From NCBI GenBank assembly GCA_945952345.1, contig CAMFIS010000004.1, positions 11,094-75,093 on the forward strand: a stretch of 64,000 nt of DNA, written 5' to 3'. The notes under the pieces are model-generated. The model was given only the letters and a program-made list of their open reading frames with translations, did not search any database and had not been told where the DNA came from. Origin of the DNA: an uncultured Fimbriimonas sp. (GTDB taxonomy: Bacteria > Armatimonadota > Fimbriimonadia > Fimbriimonadales > Fimbriimonadaceae). This document shows, one piece after another, positions 1 to 8,961 of the stretch. A program made the translations under genes and the position numbers. How positions within the stretch are numbered: position 1 is the stretch's first letter; the number at the start of each line of letters is the position of its first letter.

Positions 1-124
1 GCAAGTATGGAGATCGTTACGACACCGACGACCGCAACCTGGCGCACGCGTCGCCACGGACCCATTTGCTTCCCCACGAATGCATAGACGTATTTTTGCT
101 GGAGATGAGTTCGGTCGACTCCGA

Positions 125-1225
125 TCAATATTCTTCGCGGAAGAAGAGGTACTGGGCGAGATTGGTGAACTGGGTAAACGCCGCCGCTTTCTTGCGGTTG
201 ACGAGGTCGGGGGCGAACATTCGGATGAGGTCCGTGTTCCTGGGATTTGTCTCCGCGTTTCGAAGGCAGCGTGACCAGGCATCGTCGACGACGAGGATCG
301 CATGGGTCGGGTCGTTTTTTGCATTGCTCGCGGCGATGGCGTCTTGTCCGGTGGTGAAGACTTCATACGTCCGAGATTCCAGTGCTTTTTCAACATTTGG
401 CAGATTGTGGAGGGCGGACTTCCAGGCGGGAAGTGGTTCGGGCTTTCGGTAATTGACCGTGGAGGCGTCGACTCTGAGTTTGCCGGTGGCCATTTGGTAG
501 GCTTCGAAGATTCGGAACTGCTCCTTGTTGAGAACTATCTCGAAGTGATAGGAAGTCAACATCGGCTGGCGGCAAGTTGCCAAGAGGGTGGCTTTCTTCT
601 CGGCCGAGACGTCCGACCGTCGGAATTCGGCAAGGGCATTCGCAATTCTCGCGCTGGCATCGGCACGATTGAGGAACGAGGCGAATGAGTATTCGGCCGA
701 CATTGCGGCCGCGATTTTGCAGGCGGCGGCAAAGGCGGATCTCTTCTCTTCGAAGTCGTGCTCGGAGTTGAGGGAACTCGCATAGTCGACGAGGATTTGC
801 ACGGTTACGCACAAATCTTTGCCTTGAGCATCCCACTCTTGGTCGCCTCCTCCGGCTTCCTTGGTGTCCGCACGGCCCAGTTCGGCAATGAAGGCGTGAA
901 CGGTTTCTGGCGGATAGGTGCCGGGCGTGAGGAGATGTCGCGCCTCAGCGAGACGATGGTAGGTCGTGAGCCGCTGGGTGTTGGTTGCCGAGACCGGAAT
1001 ACTCTGGATAGTCGCACGTGCTTGGTCAGCCTTCGTGAAGGCACCTCTACGTTCTGCTTTGGTCTTATTTGTATCCAACGAGGATGCGAGGACGTTGATG
1101 CCGTTGCTGATATAGAAGTAGGCGAATCCGAAGAGGACACCAATAATCAGCACAAAAACGCTGATCCCGATGAGCAGAGTTTTCCTCTCGAAGAAAAACT
1201 TAAATCTTCGGAGAAATCGCTTCAC
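125..1225 (-). CDS. hypothetical N-terminally membrane-anchored protein
   Basis: 366-aa ORF 36 nt downstream of rpoN on the same strand. It has a basic N-terminus followed by one hydrophobic helix (LLIGISVFVLIIGVLFGFAYFYI). No motif recognised. Confidence 0.55.
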   Translation of the reverse strand: MKRFLRRFKFFFERKTLLIGISVFVLIIGVLFGFAYFYISNGINVLASSLDTNKTKAERRGAFTKADQARATIQSIPVSATNTQRLTTYHRLAEARHLLTPGTYPPETVHAFIAELGRADTKEAGGGDQEWDAQGKDLCVTVQILVDYASSLNSEHDFEEKRSAFAAACKIAAAMSAEYSFASFLNRADASARIANALAEFRRSDVSAEKKATLLATCRQPMLTSYHFEIVLNKEQFRIFEAYQMATGKLRVDASTVNYRKPEPLPAWKSALHNLPNVEKALESRTYEVFTTGQDAIAASNAKNDPTHAILVVDDAWSRCLRNAETNPRNTDLIRMFAPDLVNRKKAAAFTQFTNLAQYLFFREEY

Positions 1226-1261
1226 TCTCTTCGTTATGAACGAAGAGAGGAGGCAATGTCG

Positions 1262-2647
1262 CTACGCCGATCGACGTTTTCGAGAACTCAGCAGTTTCGT
1301 GCGGTCGCGGTACTTGTTGACAGTACGTCGGGCGACGTGGACGCCCTTGTCCGCGAGGATTTGGGCGATTCTCTCGTCCGAAAGTGGATTGTCGGGATTC
1401 TCGGTGGCGAGAATCTCTTCGATCATCTTTTGCACTCGAAGTGCGGGCTTGAAGAACACATCGAACGACACGGTTTCTCCGTTGGCAAGTTGAACGAATT
1501 TGCCCTGGGTTGCTCGGCTGATCGTACTCTCGTGCAGCGAGAGGTCGTGGGCCAATTGGGTCCTCGTCAGGGGTAGTAAGAAGGTGGCATCCCCGGTCGT
1601 TACGAAGCCGCTTTGGCGCTGGATCAGATACTGGCCGATGCGTAACATGGTGCGGTGGCGCTGCTCGAGGCATTCGATGAAGTTGCTGGCTCGTTCCACA
1701 AAGTGGGATAGATGGCGTCGCTCATCTTTGTCCTTCCGACGATCTTCTTGGAGTTCGTCGAGGCGCTTCTTGTAGTAGCCGTTGAGCGAGAATTCGATAC
1801 TCGTGGGACCCTTGACCGAGACTTCCCAACCGAACTCAGATCTGGCGAGAACGATATCGGGTTGGATGGCAGGAAGGCGACTCTCGGACGTGCTCGACGA
1901 TGTGCTGAACCCTTCTCCTGGGAATGGGTTGCAGGCGAGGATGAGTTCGAAAACCTGTTGGATGACGTCGGTGGTGACGCTGAATTTTTTGGCGAGCTTG
2001 AGCTGCTTGCCCGCCGTGAAGAGGTCGAGATGATCGCGGACGATGCGCCGGGCGATCTTGCCTTCTAACGAATCAATGTGTCGAAGCTGAAGGATGAGTG
2101 ACTCTTGGATGCCATTGGCGCCGACGCCGGCTGGCTCACATTTCTTCAGCTGGACGATGACGTACTCGGCTTCTTCGATGGAGCAGTTTGAACCTAGAGC
2201 GATTTCCTCGACGGGTTCGTAGAGGTATCCGTTGGCGTTGAGACAGCCGATAACATATTCTCCAACGTGTCGAAGCGTTCCCGGAAGATTCGCAAGAAGC
2301 TGGCCAGAAATATGTTCTCCGAGAGTCGTATCCGACGCGGCGAGGTCGATCCAGGTTGGGGTGTCGTCGTCGGTGGGAAGACTGCGCCATAGCTCGCGGT
2401 CATCGCCGCGGGGCTTAAGGTCGCGGCCCGCAACGCTCTTCTCGATCATTCGATCGGTAAGGGGATCTTCTTCGGGAGCAACGCGCTCAAGTGCCGGGTT
2501 CTCATTCAGTTCGGTCTGAATCATTTGTTCGAGCTCCGGCTGAGTCAGCTGCAGAACTTGACTGGAAAGCAGGAGTTTGGGATCGACGCGTAATCCTGTC
2601 TCTAGCCGTTGACTGTTTCGATAACCGATATTCAAATACCCACTCAC
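1262..2647 (-). CDS. rpoN: RNA polymerase sigma-54 factor
   Basis: 461 aa. The N-terminal Gln/Leu-rich region I (LLLSSQVLQLTQPELEQMIQTELNENPALE) and the C-terminal RpoN box (ARRTVNKYRD) are typical of sigma-54. Confidence 0.95.
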   Translation of the reverse strand: MSGYLNIGYRNSQRLETGLRVDPKLLLSSQVLQLTQPELEQMIQTELNENPALERVAPEEDPLTDRMIEKSVAGRDLKPRGDDRELWRSLPTDDDTPTWIDLAASDTTLGEHISGQLLANLPGTLRHVGEYVIGCLNANGYLYEPVEEIALGSNCSIEEAEYVIVQLKKCEPAGVGANGIQESLILQLRHIDSLEGKIARRIVRDHLDLFTAGKQLKLAKKFSVTTDVIQQVFELILACNPFPGEGFSTSSSTSESRLPAIQPDIVLARSEFGWEVSVKGPTSIEFSLNGYYKKRLDELQEDRRKDKDERRHLSHFVERASNFIECLEQRHRTMLRIGQYLIQRQSGFVTTGDATFLLPLTRTQLAHDLSLHESTISRATQGKFVQLANGETVSFDVFFKPALRVQKMIEEILATENPDNPLSDERIAQILADKGVHVARRTVNKYRDRTKLLSSRKRRSA

Positions 2648-2804
2648 TTGGAACCCAGACCCATACGTGGGGTCAGGACTCCTGCAATTTTCATGCCATA
2701 TCGGCTGGGTGGTTTTGCCTGGTAGAGTTGCCAGCTAGCCGTGCGGACGCGAAATCTTCTCAACCGAATCGCGAGGATTGAAGTAGATTTAAGTAAGAGC
2801 TGAA

Positions 2805-3419
2805 ATGCTTTACCAAACACTATTCTTTACCGGCGCGCTCGGATTCTTGGCGCTTGTCCTAATGGGCAGCTTCCACGGCGCTCGCGGCGGCCACCATGCC
2901 CACGGGGGCCACAGCGGCCACGGCCACGGCCACTCGGGTCACGGAGGGCACGTTCATAAGGGGCATCATTCGATGGGTTCGAGCCTAGGCAAGTTTGCGA
3001 AGATGAAGCTGCTGCTTTCGATCTCGCCGCTGGATATCTTCGCGTTCTGTCTCGGATGCGGAGCTGCCGGGTTGCTGATTCCCAAAACGCTCGCCACGAC
3101 CGTGGTTCTGATGATCGCTATCGTCATTGGGGTCGCCTTTGACATCGCCTTCCTGAAGCCGATCTTCAACTTTGCGCTCACTTTTGTTTCGACTCCGAGT
3201 GACGGGTTGGAGGGAATGATCGCCAAGACGGCGGTCGCGGTTTCGAAGTTTGACTCGAAGGGGCAAGGCTTAGTGCGCGTGGTCATCGACGGCGAAGAGA
3301 AGCAGGTGCTGGCAAAGCTTGAAAGCGATGAGACCGGAACTCCGGTGGCTTCGGGGGATGAACTCTTGGTGACCGCGATTGATTCTAAGAAGAATGTGTG
3401 CCAGGTCAGCCGAGTTTAG
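2805..3419 (+). CDS. NfeD/YqiJ-like membrane protein with His/Gly-rich loop
   Basis: 204 aa with TM helices and a 32-residue loop carrying about 14 His (GGHHAHGGHSGHGHGHSGHGGHVHKGHH). The C-terminal soluble OB-like segment (GQGLVRVVIDGEEKQVLAKL...LLVTAID) resembles NfeD. It sits immediately upstream of a flotillin gene, as in E. coli yqiJ-yqiK. Confidence 0.7.
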   Translation: MLYQTLFFTGALGFLALVLMGSFHGARGGHHAHGGHSGHGHGHSGHGGHVHKGHHSMGSSLGKFAKMKLLLSISPLDIFAFCLGCGAAGLLIPKTLATTVVLMIAIVIGVAFDIAFLKPIFNFALTFVSTPSDGLEGMIAKTAVAVSKFDSKGQGLVRVVIDGEEKQVLAKLESDETGTPVASGDELLVTAIDSKKNVCQVSRV

Positions 3420-3466
3420 AAATGCAACTTAGGTACGCGTCCGACAGTAATATGGTTTGAAGAGCA

Positions 3467-4747
3467 ATGGAACTATCTAGTCCTATGATTTTTGCGATCG
3501 TCCTGGTGGTGGTCGTCCTATTTATCCCGATCGTGATCACGCGATTCCTTCGCACGGTCGAAGCGGGAACTATTCGGTTGGTGAGTTGGATGGGTGGTAC
3601 CACCCGCATCTATAAGGGGCCGGGCAAGGCTTTCGAGATTCCGCTGATTACGACAGGAACGACGATTCCGTCCAAGGTCATCAACATCGACCTCGACATT
3701 TCAGACCAGACTGCTGACGTGGGTCCGAACGGGCAGCCTCGGCCGATCAAGGTTCGCGTGCTTGCCAGCGCCATCGTTTGCGTCGGTGATGCCAACGAAT
3801 CGATCAAGACGGCAGCCAACCGATTCTTTGCGATGTCGGTTGAGACTCAGACGAACACCCTGACCGACCTGCTAACCTCGACCGGACGGCGAGCCATCAA
3901 CCTGCTTCACCACGACGAATTGTTTAACGCCAAAGGGCCGTCAGCGGCGCCGGTCGGCGCAAGTCCAGACTTGGCCGCCGCGATCGCCAACGACGACGAC
4001 GACCGACTGGCGATCATCATCAAGAGCGCCTGCTCTCGCGAACTGCAGGACCTTGGTTTGCTGTTCAATTCTTTGAACATCAAGAGTGTGCAGAGCGAAG
4101 TCGCCGAGGCTCGCCGACGCCAGTCTGCGGTTGAAGCCAAGGCGAATGCCGATATCGTTCAGGCCGACCAGGAGCGGCGCGCCCGGGAAGCTCAGCTCGC
4201 TGCCGAGCAGGCAGTCAACGACAAGGAACGAGACCTCTCGGAACGCAAGGCGCAGAACGCTGCCGTCATCGCCGAAGCCGAGGCCAAGAAGCAAGACTCC
4301 CTACGCGGTCTCCGCGAAGCTGAACTCCGAGCGACGCAGATCGCCCAAGCGGGAGCGGACGCCGATCGAAAGAAGATCGAAGCTGCTGCAACCGCCGAAG
4401 CGGAGGCCATCAAGCTAAGAACTGTGGCTGCGGCTCAAGCCGAAGCTATTCGAGAAGTCAATAAGGCCGTCGCCGAAGGTGGCAATGCCTACCTCCAGTT
4501 GAAGCAGCTTGAGATCCTGCCCACGATCGTTCCGCATATCGCCAACGCTTTGGCTCAGGCCAAGTTGGTAAATATTGCCAGCGACGGTAAGGGTGCGGCC
4601 AATGGTGCGACGGACCAGATTACTTCGGTGATCCAGACGGTGCTTGCGGCGCAGCTGGTTTCGAATAACGTGAACCTGGGTGGCAACGCTCCGGCCCAAC
4701 CGGCGCGGCCGGCGAAGCAAGAGAAGCAGGACAAACCCGCGGAGTAG
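3467..4747 (+). CDS. SPFH/flotillin family protein (YqiK-like)
   Basis: 426 aa with an N-terminal TM helix, an SPFH-like core, and a long Ala/Glu/Arg/Gln-rich coiled-coil (AEARRRQSAVEAKANADIVQADQERRAREAQLAAEQA...) typical of bacterial flotillins. Confidence 0.85.
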   Translation: MELSSPMIFAIVLVVVVLFIPIVITRFLRTVEAGTIRLVSWMGGTTRIYKGPGKAFEIPLITTGTTIPSKVINIDLDISDQTADVGPNGQPRPIKVRVLASAIVCVGDANESIKTAANRFFAMSVETQTNTLTDLLTSTGRRAINLLHHDELFNAKGPSAAPVGASPDLAAAIANDDDDRLAIIIKSACSRELQDLGLLFNSLNIKSVQSEVAEARRRQSAVEAKANADIVQADQERRAREAQLAAEQAVNDKERDLSERKAQNAAVIAEAEAKKQDSLRGLREAELRATQIAQAGADADRKKIEAAATAEAEAIKLRTVAAAQAEAIREVNKAVAEGGNAYLQLKQLEILPTIVPHIANALAQAKLVNIASDGKGAANGATDQITSVIQTVLAAQLVSNNVNLGGNAPAQPARPAKQEKQDKPAE

Positions 4748-4807
4748 GTCTCACTTATTTTGCGGCGCGAAGCCGCGTTCTCCGTGACCAAGCCCCTTTA
4801 CCCCTAA

Positions 4808-4832
4808 CCCCTTCTCTCTCGAGGAGAAGGGG
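4808..4832. repeat. GC-rich hairpin CCCCTTCTC-N7-GAGAAGGGG (member of CCCTTCCC/GGGAAGGG intergenic hairpin family)
   Basis: Perfect 9-bp inverted repeat 60 nt downstream of the flotillin stop. Related hairpins occur at 7629-7657 and 9009-9040. Confidence 0.5.
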
Positions 4833-4876
4833 AATCGGGCCTAGGGACCATTCGGGAAGTCGGGTAAGACTCGGCT

Positions 4877-5773
4877 ATGCTCGACTCCACTTCCGCTCTG
4901 ACTTCATTGAGTTCTTTCGTATACGGAACTACCCGACTGGGCGATGACAAGATCCCGTGGGGCGACCGTGTGGCAATTGCTAAGCAGGCCATCGACAGTG
5001 GAGTTTGGATTCACACGAGCGATCAGTATGGCGATGCACTCAAGGTTCTAAATGACGCAATTCGGGAAAGTCGGGTGCCTCGGCAAATATTCAAAATTGG
5101 CTGGGAGTCGATCGTACAGATTCGGCATTCGATGAGTTCTCAATTGGAAACGATTGGCTTAGGGGAGATGACGGTCGGCCAATTATGTCTTGGCGGCGCT
5201 TTAGCTGATGCATTTGGAAACGGCGAAGATCGCGCCTTTGAGTTAAATGATTTGATATCCGAAGGAAGAGCGTTGTCATATGTGCTCGAAGTCTTTCCCT
5301 GGACGAGTGCGAATCCACTGTCTGCTTTGCAGAAGGGTCATGCGAGCAAACTCGTGGATGCGTACATCTTCTATTTGAACCCTCTCCAGCGATTCGTAAC
5401 GAACGAGTTGTGGGACCTCATCGTCGAAAAAAAGTTTCCGGTGGTCGCGATGCGGACCGTATGTGGTGGGGATATCTGTTCGCTTGTGAATCGCGAAAGT
5501 TACATTGGCGAGCGGGCAAGGGAGCTCATGCCGTTGTTCGAGCAGTCCCATTGTGAAAGCTGGACCGAGTTCTGCGTGCGATTCCTTAAGGGCTTTCCCT
5601 TCGTCGTCGCGACCGTGGGGTCGACCTCAAACCCGAATAACCTCGAGGTGTTTCTTAACTACAGGTTGGAAGATGTGTCGCCACTGCCAAAGCGGATTCA
5701 GGACGAAATCTTAGTTTTGCAGAGAAAGTGGTCGGACGACGTGGATCGTCACGCCGAGCCTTGGACGATGTGA
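4877..5773 (+). CDS. aldo/keto reductase-like protein
   Basis: 298 aa. The N-terminal segment (YGTTRLGDD...AIAKQAIDSGVWIHTSDQYGDALKVLNDAI) loosely matches the AKR signature (lG...a...Al..Gi..iDTA..YG.sE). Divergent, so low certainty. Confidence 0.45.
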   Translation: MLDSTSALTSLSSFVYGTTRLGDDKIPWGDRVAIAKQAIDSGVWIHTSDQYGDALKVLNDAIRESRVPRQIFKIGWESIVQIRHSMSSQLETIGLGEMTVGQLCLGGALADAFGNGEDRAFELNDLISEGRALSYVLEVFPWTSANPLSALQKGHASKLVDAYIFYLNPLQRFVTNELWDLIVEKKFPVVAMRTVCGGDICSLVNRESYIGERARELMPLFEQSHCESWTEFCVRFLKGFPFVVATVGSTSNPNNLEVFLNYRLEDVSPLPKRIQDEILVLQRKWSDDVDRHAEPWTM

Positions 5774-5778
5774 TTCAT

Positions 5779-5816
5779 CAGAGAACAGAGAACAGAGAAC
5801 AGAGAACAGAGAACAG
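5779..5816. repeat. perfect tandem heptanucleotide repeat (CAGAGAA)x5 + CAG
   Basis: Read directly: five exact CAGAGAA units at 5779-5813 followed by CAG, starting 6 nt after the stop of the upstream CDS. A 7-nt period cannot be coding. Confidence 0.95.
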
Positions 5817-5903
5817 TGCAGGCTGTCGTCATTCCTCGAGTTCCCGTTGTCGCCCCCATCCCAACTATTGCCCCTGAAAAAGAGCAAGGGAAAGGGTTTT
5901 TAG

Positions 5904-6824
5904 CTAGCGGATGATTCCTTCGAGGTGGGCATACCATTTTGCGCCATCGAACCCAAACTTGTAGTATTTGATGACATTCGCAGGCGGGAACGAGATGAGG
6001 TTCGGGTTTGTGGGCGACCGGATTCCCCAAGTACAGATGCAAACCTGGCCATAGTTGGGAAAGTCGTTGTCGATGATTTGCTCGGTGCCAATGACTGACT
6101 CGCTGCTGAAATTCAGCATGATATTAGTGTATTTGCGATCTTGCCACAACTTCGCATTTCTGCGTGCCCCAAGAGATTGGATTCCAAATGTTGGCTCAAT
6201 GACTCCAAGCTGTGTACTTGGAGTCGATGTGAGAGATCGGCCAAGAAGGACAAAGCTAGCGCCACCTGAATGGTCGTTTCGATATGCTGGATAGGTGGCG
6301 ACCGTCATAGACGACATTACATTGTCTTGGGTTTGTCTGGGTTGACCATTGCCGAAGTCGATGGTTTGGATGTCGTGGGATCGTTCAAATAGCGAGTATT
6401 TAAATTGTTGGCTCTGCTCTTTCCAGCCAATCGTGTCGTGTCCGTCAACAACGATCATGGAGCGTTTTTGCATATCATGCTCGTTGAGAATGTTGGCTAA
6501 CTTCGCCCTGATAGGATCGTTGACGGCTTGTTCCTTGTCAAATTCAATGCTCGTTATCGGATGAACGTTGTTCGCCACCAAGTACAAATCTATGTCGAAT
6601 CTTGGCGCTGTGCTGTATATCTCTTGCGCCTGAAGCCCGGCTGAATGTCCACCAAAAAGTAATAATCCAATCATCCTTCCATCCCTTGTAGGTCCCGACG
6701 TTTGGCCCTTCAGAAAATTTACAAGCACTGGCCGTGGTAAGACTCCCATATGGTCCGGCTTCATGTGCGATTCGAAAATGCGCCGACATCTTTCGAGCCT
6801 TATGGTGCGATTCGTTTGGTGCAT
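5904..6824 (-). CDS. hypothetical protein (contains GHSAG nucleophile-elbow-like motif)
   Basis: 306-aa ORF with non-repetitive, protein-like composition. LLLFGGHSAGLQ resembles a GxSxG serine-hydrolase elbow but lies unusually close to the N-terminus. The start is uncertain because internal Met codons at 6764 and 6749 would remove the overlap with the divergent ORF at 6750. Confidence 0.5.
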   Translation of the reverse strand: MHQTNRTIRLERCRRIFESHMKPDHMGVLPRPVLVNFLKGQTSGPTRDGRMIGLLLFGGHSAGLQAQEIYSTAPRFDIDLYLVANNVHPITSIEFDKEQAVNDPIRAKLANILNEHDMQKRSMIVVDGHDTIGWKEQSQQFKYSLFERSHDIQTIDFGNGQPRQTQDNVMSSMTVATYPAYRNDHSGGASFVLLGRSLTSTPSTQLGVIEPTFGIQSLGARRNAKLWQDRKYTNIMLNFSSESVIGTEQIIDNDFPNYGQVCICTWGIRSPTNPNLISFPPANVIKYYKFGFDGAKWYAHLEGIIR

Positions 6825-7127
6825 CAGAGCCGGAAAGAGTATGTCGAGGGGAAGGCCAACACTTTTGCACTCGAGTTAGATCGAAAACTCGACCGGAGTG
6901 GAGAACTGCAGTGGTCGGGCGATGCCGTTCATTACCATGGTGACAAACGGCGGTTCATCTACTTTGCGTGGCTGTCGGAGTCTGGCAAGATGTTTCGCCG
7001 GATCAAGTTGTACTTGGACAAGATTCCTGGGTTGGAGTCGAGCGAGGTGACGATTCGAGTTGCGGGTCGTATGAAAGATGGCTCGCCGGCGTGCTCGACC
7101 GCGCGCATTCTCTCGGACAAGGAGTGA
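6750..7127 (+). CDS. hypothetical protein (DUF5990-like by recollection)
   Basis: 125-aa ORF. The segment RRFIYFAWLSESGKMFRRIKLYLDKIP resembles, from memory, the conserved core of a DUF-type family (RF.YL.W....FRRaKL.L..iP). Needs an HMM check. Confidence 0.45.
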   Translation: MVRLHVRFENAPTSFEPYGAIRLVHQSRKEYVEGKANTFALELDRKLDRSGELQWSGDAVHYHGDKRRFIYFAWLSESGKMFRRIKLYLDKIPGLESSEVTIRVAGRMKDGSPACSTARILSDKE

Positions 7128-7162
7128 TTGCGAGAAATAGTGGAACGCGCTACACTTCGCGC

Positions 7163-7573
7163 ATGAGTCGTCGCGCAATGTCAATATTGGCTCTGTTGGC
7201 ACTGCTAGGCTGCCATCACCGTTTGACTTTCCTGGGAGATTTCACGGCGCCAAACTCTGGTTACGAAGGTGGTCAGGACTACTACACGTTCAAGCCGGAT
7301 GGAACTTACACGCTGGCCACTTCGAGCCCGAGCATGGGAAAATTCTACATTGAGACGGGCACCTTCAAAGTGGACAAGGATGTGGTGGAGATCATCAGTA
7401 TGCAGCAGCAATTCCTGAGCAAGGACGGGCATGTCACGGGGAGATATCAGGGGTACTACGGTCGGCCAATCCTGGAAAAGAAGTATCAGTTCGTGGCCAA
7501 GGAGAATTCTTTCGTGCTACATCCGAAGTTCGATACGGATGTGAAAGAGGTAGAGCTGACGGCGAAGAAATGA
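7163..7573 (+). CDS. putative lipoprotein
   Basis: An internal ATG at 7163 gives MSRRAMSILALLALLGC, a signal peptide plus lipobox (LLGC). The longer 201-aa ORF from 6968 has a non-protein-like N-terminus. Confidence 0.6.
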   Translation: MSRRAMSILALLALLGCHHRLTFLGDFTAPNSGYEGGQDYYTFKPDGTYTLATSSPSMGKFYIETGTFKVDKDVVEIISMQQQFLSKDGHVTGRYQGYYGRPILEKKYQFVAKENSFVLHPKFDTDVKEVELTAKK

Positions 7574-7591
7574 CCCCATCACTACCCTCCT

Positions 7592-7624
7592 CATGAAAGG
7601 TTGCGCTTGTGGCAACCTTTCATG
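7592..7624. terminator. bidirectional stem-loop between convergent genes
   Basis: Perfect 13-bp inverted repeat CATGAAAGGTTGC / GCAACCTTTCATG with a 7-nt loop, between the lipoprotein stop (7573) and the serS stop (7665). A second imperfect CCCTTCCCT/AGGGGAAGG hairpin follows at 7629-7657. Confidence 0.6.
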
Positions 7625-7664
7625 TGGGCCCTTCCCTGCCAAAGAGTAAGGGGAAGGTCTTTAT

Positions 7665-8939
7665 TTAGCCGATTGATTTGGAGCCGAAATAGCCGTGAAG
7701 GGCTTCGGGGATTGAGATGTTTCCGCTGGCGTCCTGGAAGGTCTCCAAAATCGCAGCGTATAGTCGCGGCACGGCGACGCCCGAGCCGTTGAGGATATGG
7801 ACGAACTCCGGCTTGGCTCCGGCCTCTGGGCGGAAGCGGATGTTGGCCCGGCGAGATTGGTAGTCGCCGAAGTTGCCGCAGCTCGAGACTTCGAGGTATT
7901 TGCCCACTCCGGGGGACCAGACTTCGATGTCGTAGATCTTGGTCGCCTTCGAGCCCATGTCGCCAGTGCAGAGTTCGATGACGCGGTAGTGGAGACCCAA
8001 AGCTTGAAGGATTGCTTCGGCGTCCGTTACCAATGCTTCGAGCTCGTCGTAGCTGGTGGAGGGTTCGACGAATTTGACCATTTCGACCTTGTCGAACTGG
8101 TGGATTCGTTGGATACCTCGTGTGTCTTTTCCAGCTGCGCCCGCTTCGCGTCGGAAGCAGCCCGAGAATGCCGCGTGCTTGATCGGCAATTGGCCGGCAT
8201 CGAGGATTTCGTCGCGATACAGGTTGGTTACCGGGACTTCGGCGGTCGGAATAAGGAAGAAGTCATCGATGGTCTTGTACAAATCGTCTTCGAACTTCGG
8301 CAAGTTTCCGGTTCCGATCAGCGATTCGCGGTTGACCACGAACGGGGGGTAGATCTCCTCGTAACCGTTCTTGGTCGTTTGGAAATCGACCATGAAGTTG
8401 AAGAGCGCGCGCTGGAAGCGGGCACCGACTCCCTTGTACACGACCCATCCGGAGCCGGTGATCTTCGCGCCACGGGCGAGGTCGATCATGTTGTGCTGAT
8501 CGCACAGGTCCCAGTGGGGCTTGGGTTCGAAGTCGAACGACGGCTTGATTCCCCACTCGCGGATGACGGGATTCTGAGTTTCATCGTCGCCGTCGGGCGC
8601 GCTGTCGTGGGGGATATTGGGGAAATTGAGTTCAACGTCGTGGAGCTTGGCTTCGAGCAGGCGTTGCTGATCCTCGAGTTCTCCAACTCGCTTCTTGAGT
8701 TCGGCGGCTTGGGTCTTGGCAGCTTCTGCCTCGTCCTTCTTTCCCTGACCCATGAGCATGCCGATGCTCTTGGAAACCTGGTTCATCTCGGCCTGCGCGT
8801 TGCCGGTTTCGGTGGCCACGCGTCGGAAGTCGGCGTCCACGGCGAGGAATTCGTCGACGATCGACGAGTCCATTCGCTTGCGTTGGATTCCGGTCCGGAC
8901 GAGGTCCGGCTGCTTGCGAATGAGTTCTCGATCGAGCAT
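7665..8939 (-). CDS. serS: serine--tRNA ligase
   Basis: 424 aa. It has the N-terminal coiled-coil arm (MLDRELIRKQPDLV...), class II motifs (FRREAGAAGKDTRGIQRIHQF; GSGVAVPR) and the typical SerS length. Confidence 0.97.
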   Translation of the reverse strand: MLDRELIRKQPDLVRTGIQRKRMDSSIVDEFLAVDADFRRVATETGNAQAEMNQVSKSIGMLMGQGKKDEAEAAKTQAAELKKRVGELEDQQRLLEAKLHDVELNFPNIPHDSAPDGDDETQNPVIREWGIKPSFDFEPKPHWDLCDQHNMIDLARGAKITGSGWVVYKGVGARFQRALFNFMVDFQTTKNGYEEIYPPFVVNRESLIGTGNLPKFEDDLYKTIDDFFLIPTAEVPVTNLYRDEILDAGQLPIKHAAFSGCFRREAGAAGKDTRGIQRIHQFDKVEMVKFVEPSTSYDELEALVTDAEAILQALGLHYRVIELCTGDMGSKATKIYDIEVWSPGVGKYLEVSSCGNFGDYQSRRANIRFRPEAGAKPEFVHILNGSGVAVPRLYAAILETFQDASGNISIPEALHGYFGSKSIG

Positions 8940-8961
8940 AAGAGTTAGATTTTAGCTTATC

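Noticed and set aside
2871-2962. GGCCAC/GGCCACGG DNA repeats that might have been a short tandem or CRISPR-like repeat.
   Set aside because: They are in frame and encode the His/Gly-rich loop of the NfeD-like protein. There is no spacer structure.
5749-6042. 97-aa minus-strand ORF containing CSLFSVLCSLFSVLCSL.
   Set aside because: The repetitive peptide is the translation of the (CAGAGAA)n heptamer tract read in three rotating frames, so it is not coding.
7797-8948. 383-aa plus-strand ORF covering the serS locus.
   Set aside because: It is antisense to an unmistakable seryl-tRNA synthetase. Its Val/Asp/Gly/Glu-rich composition is typical of a shadow frame.
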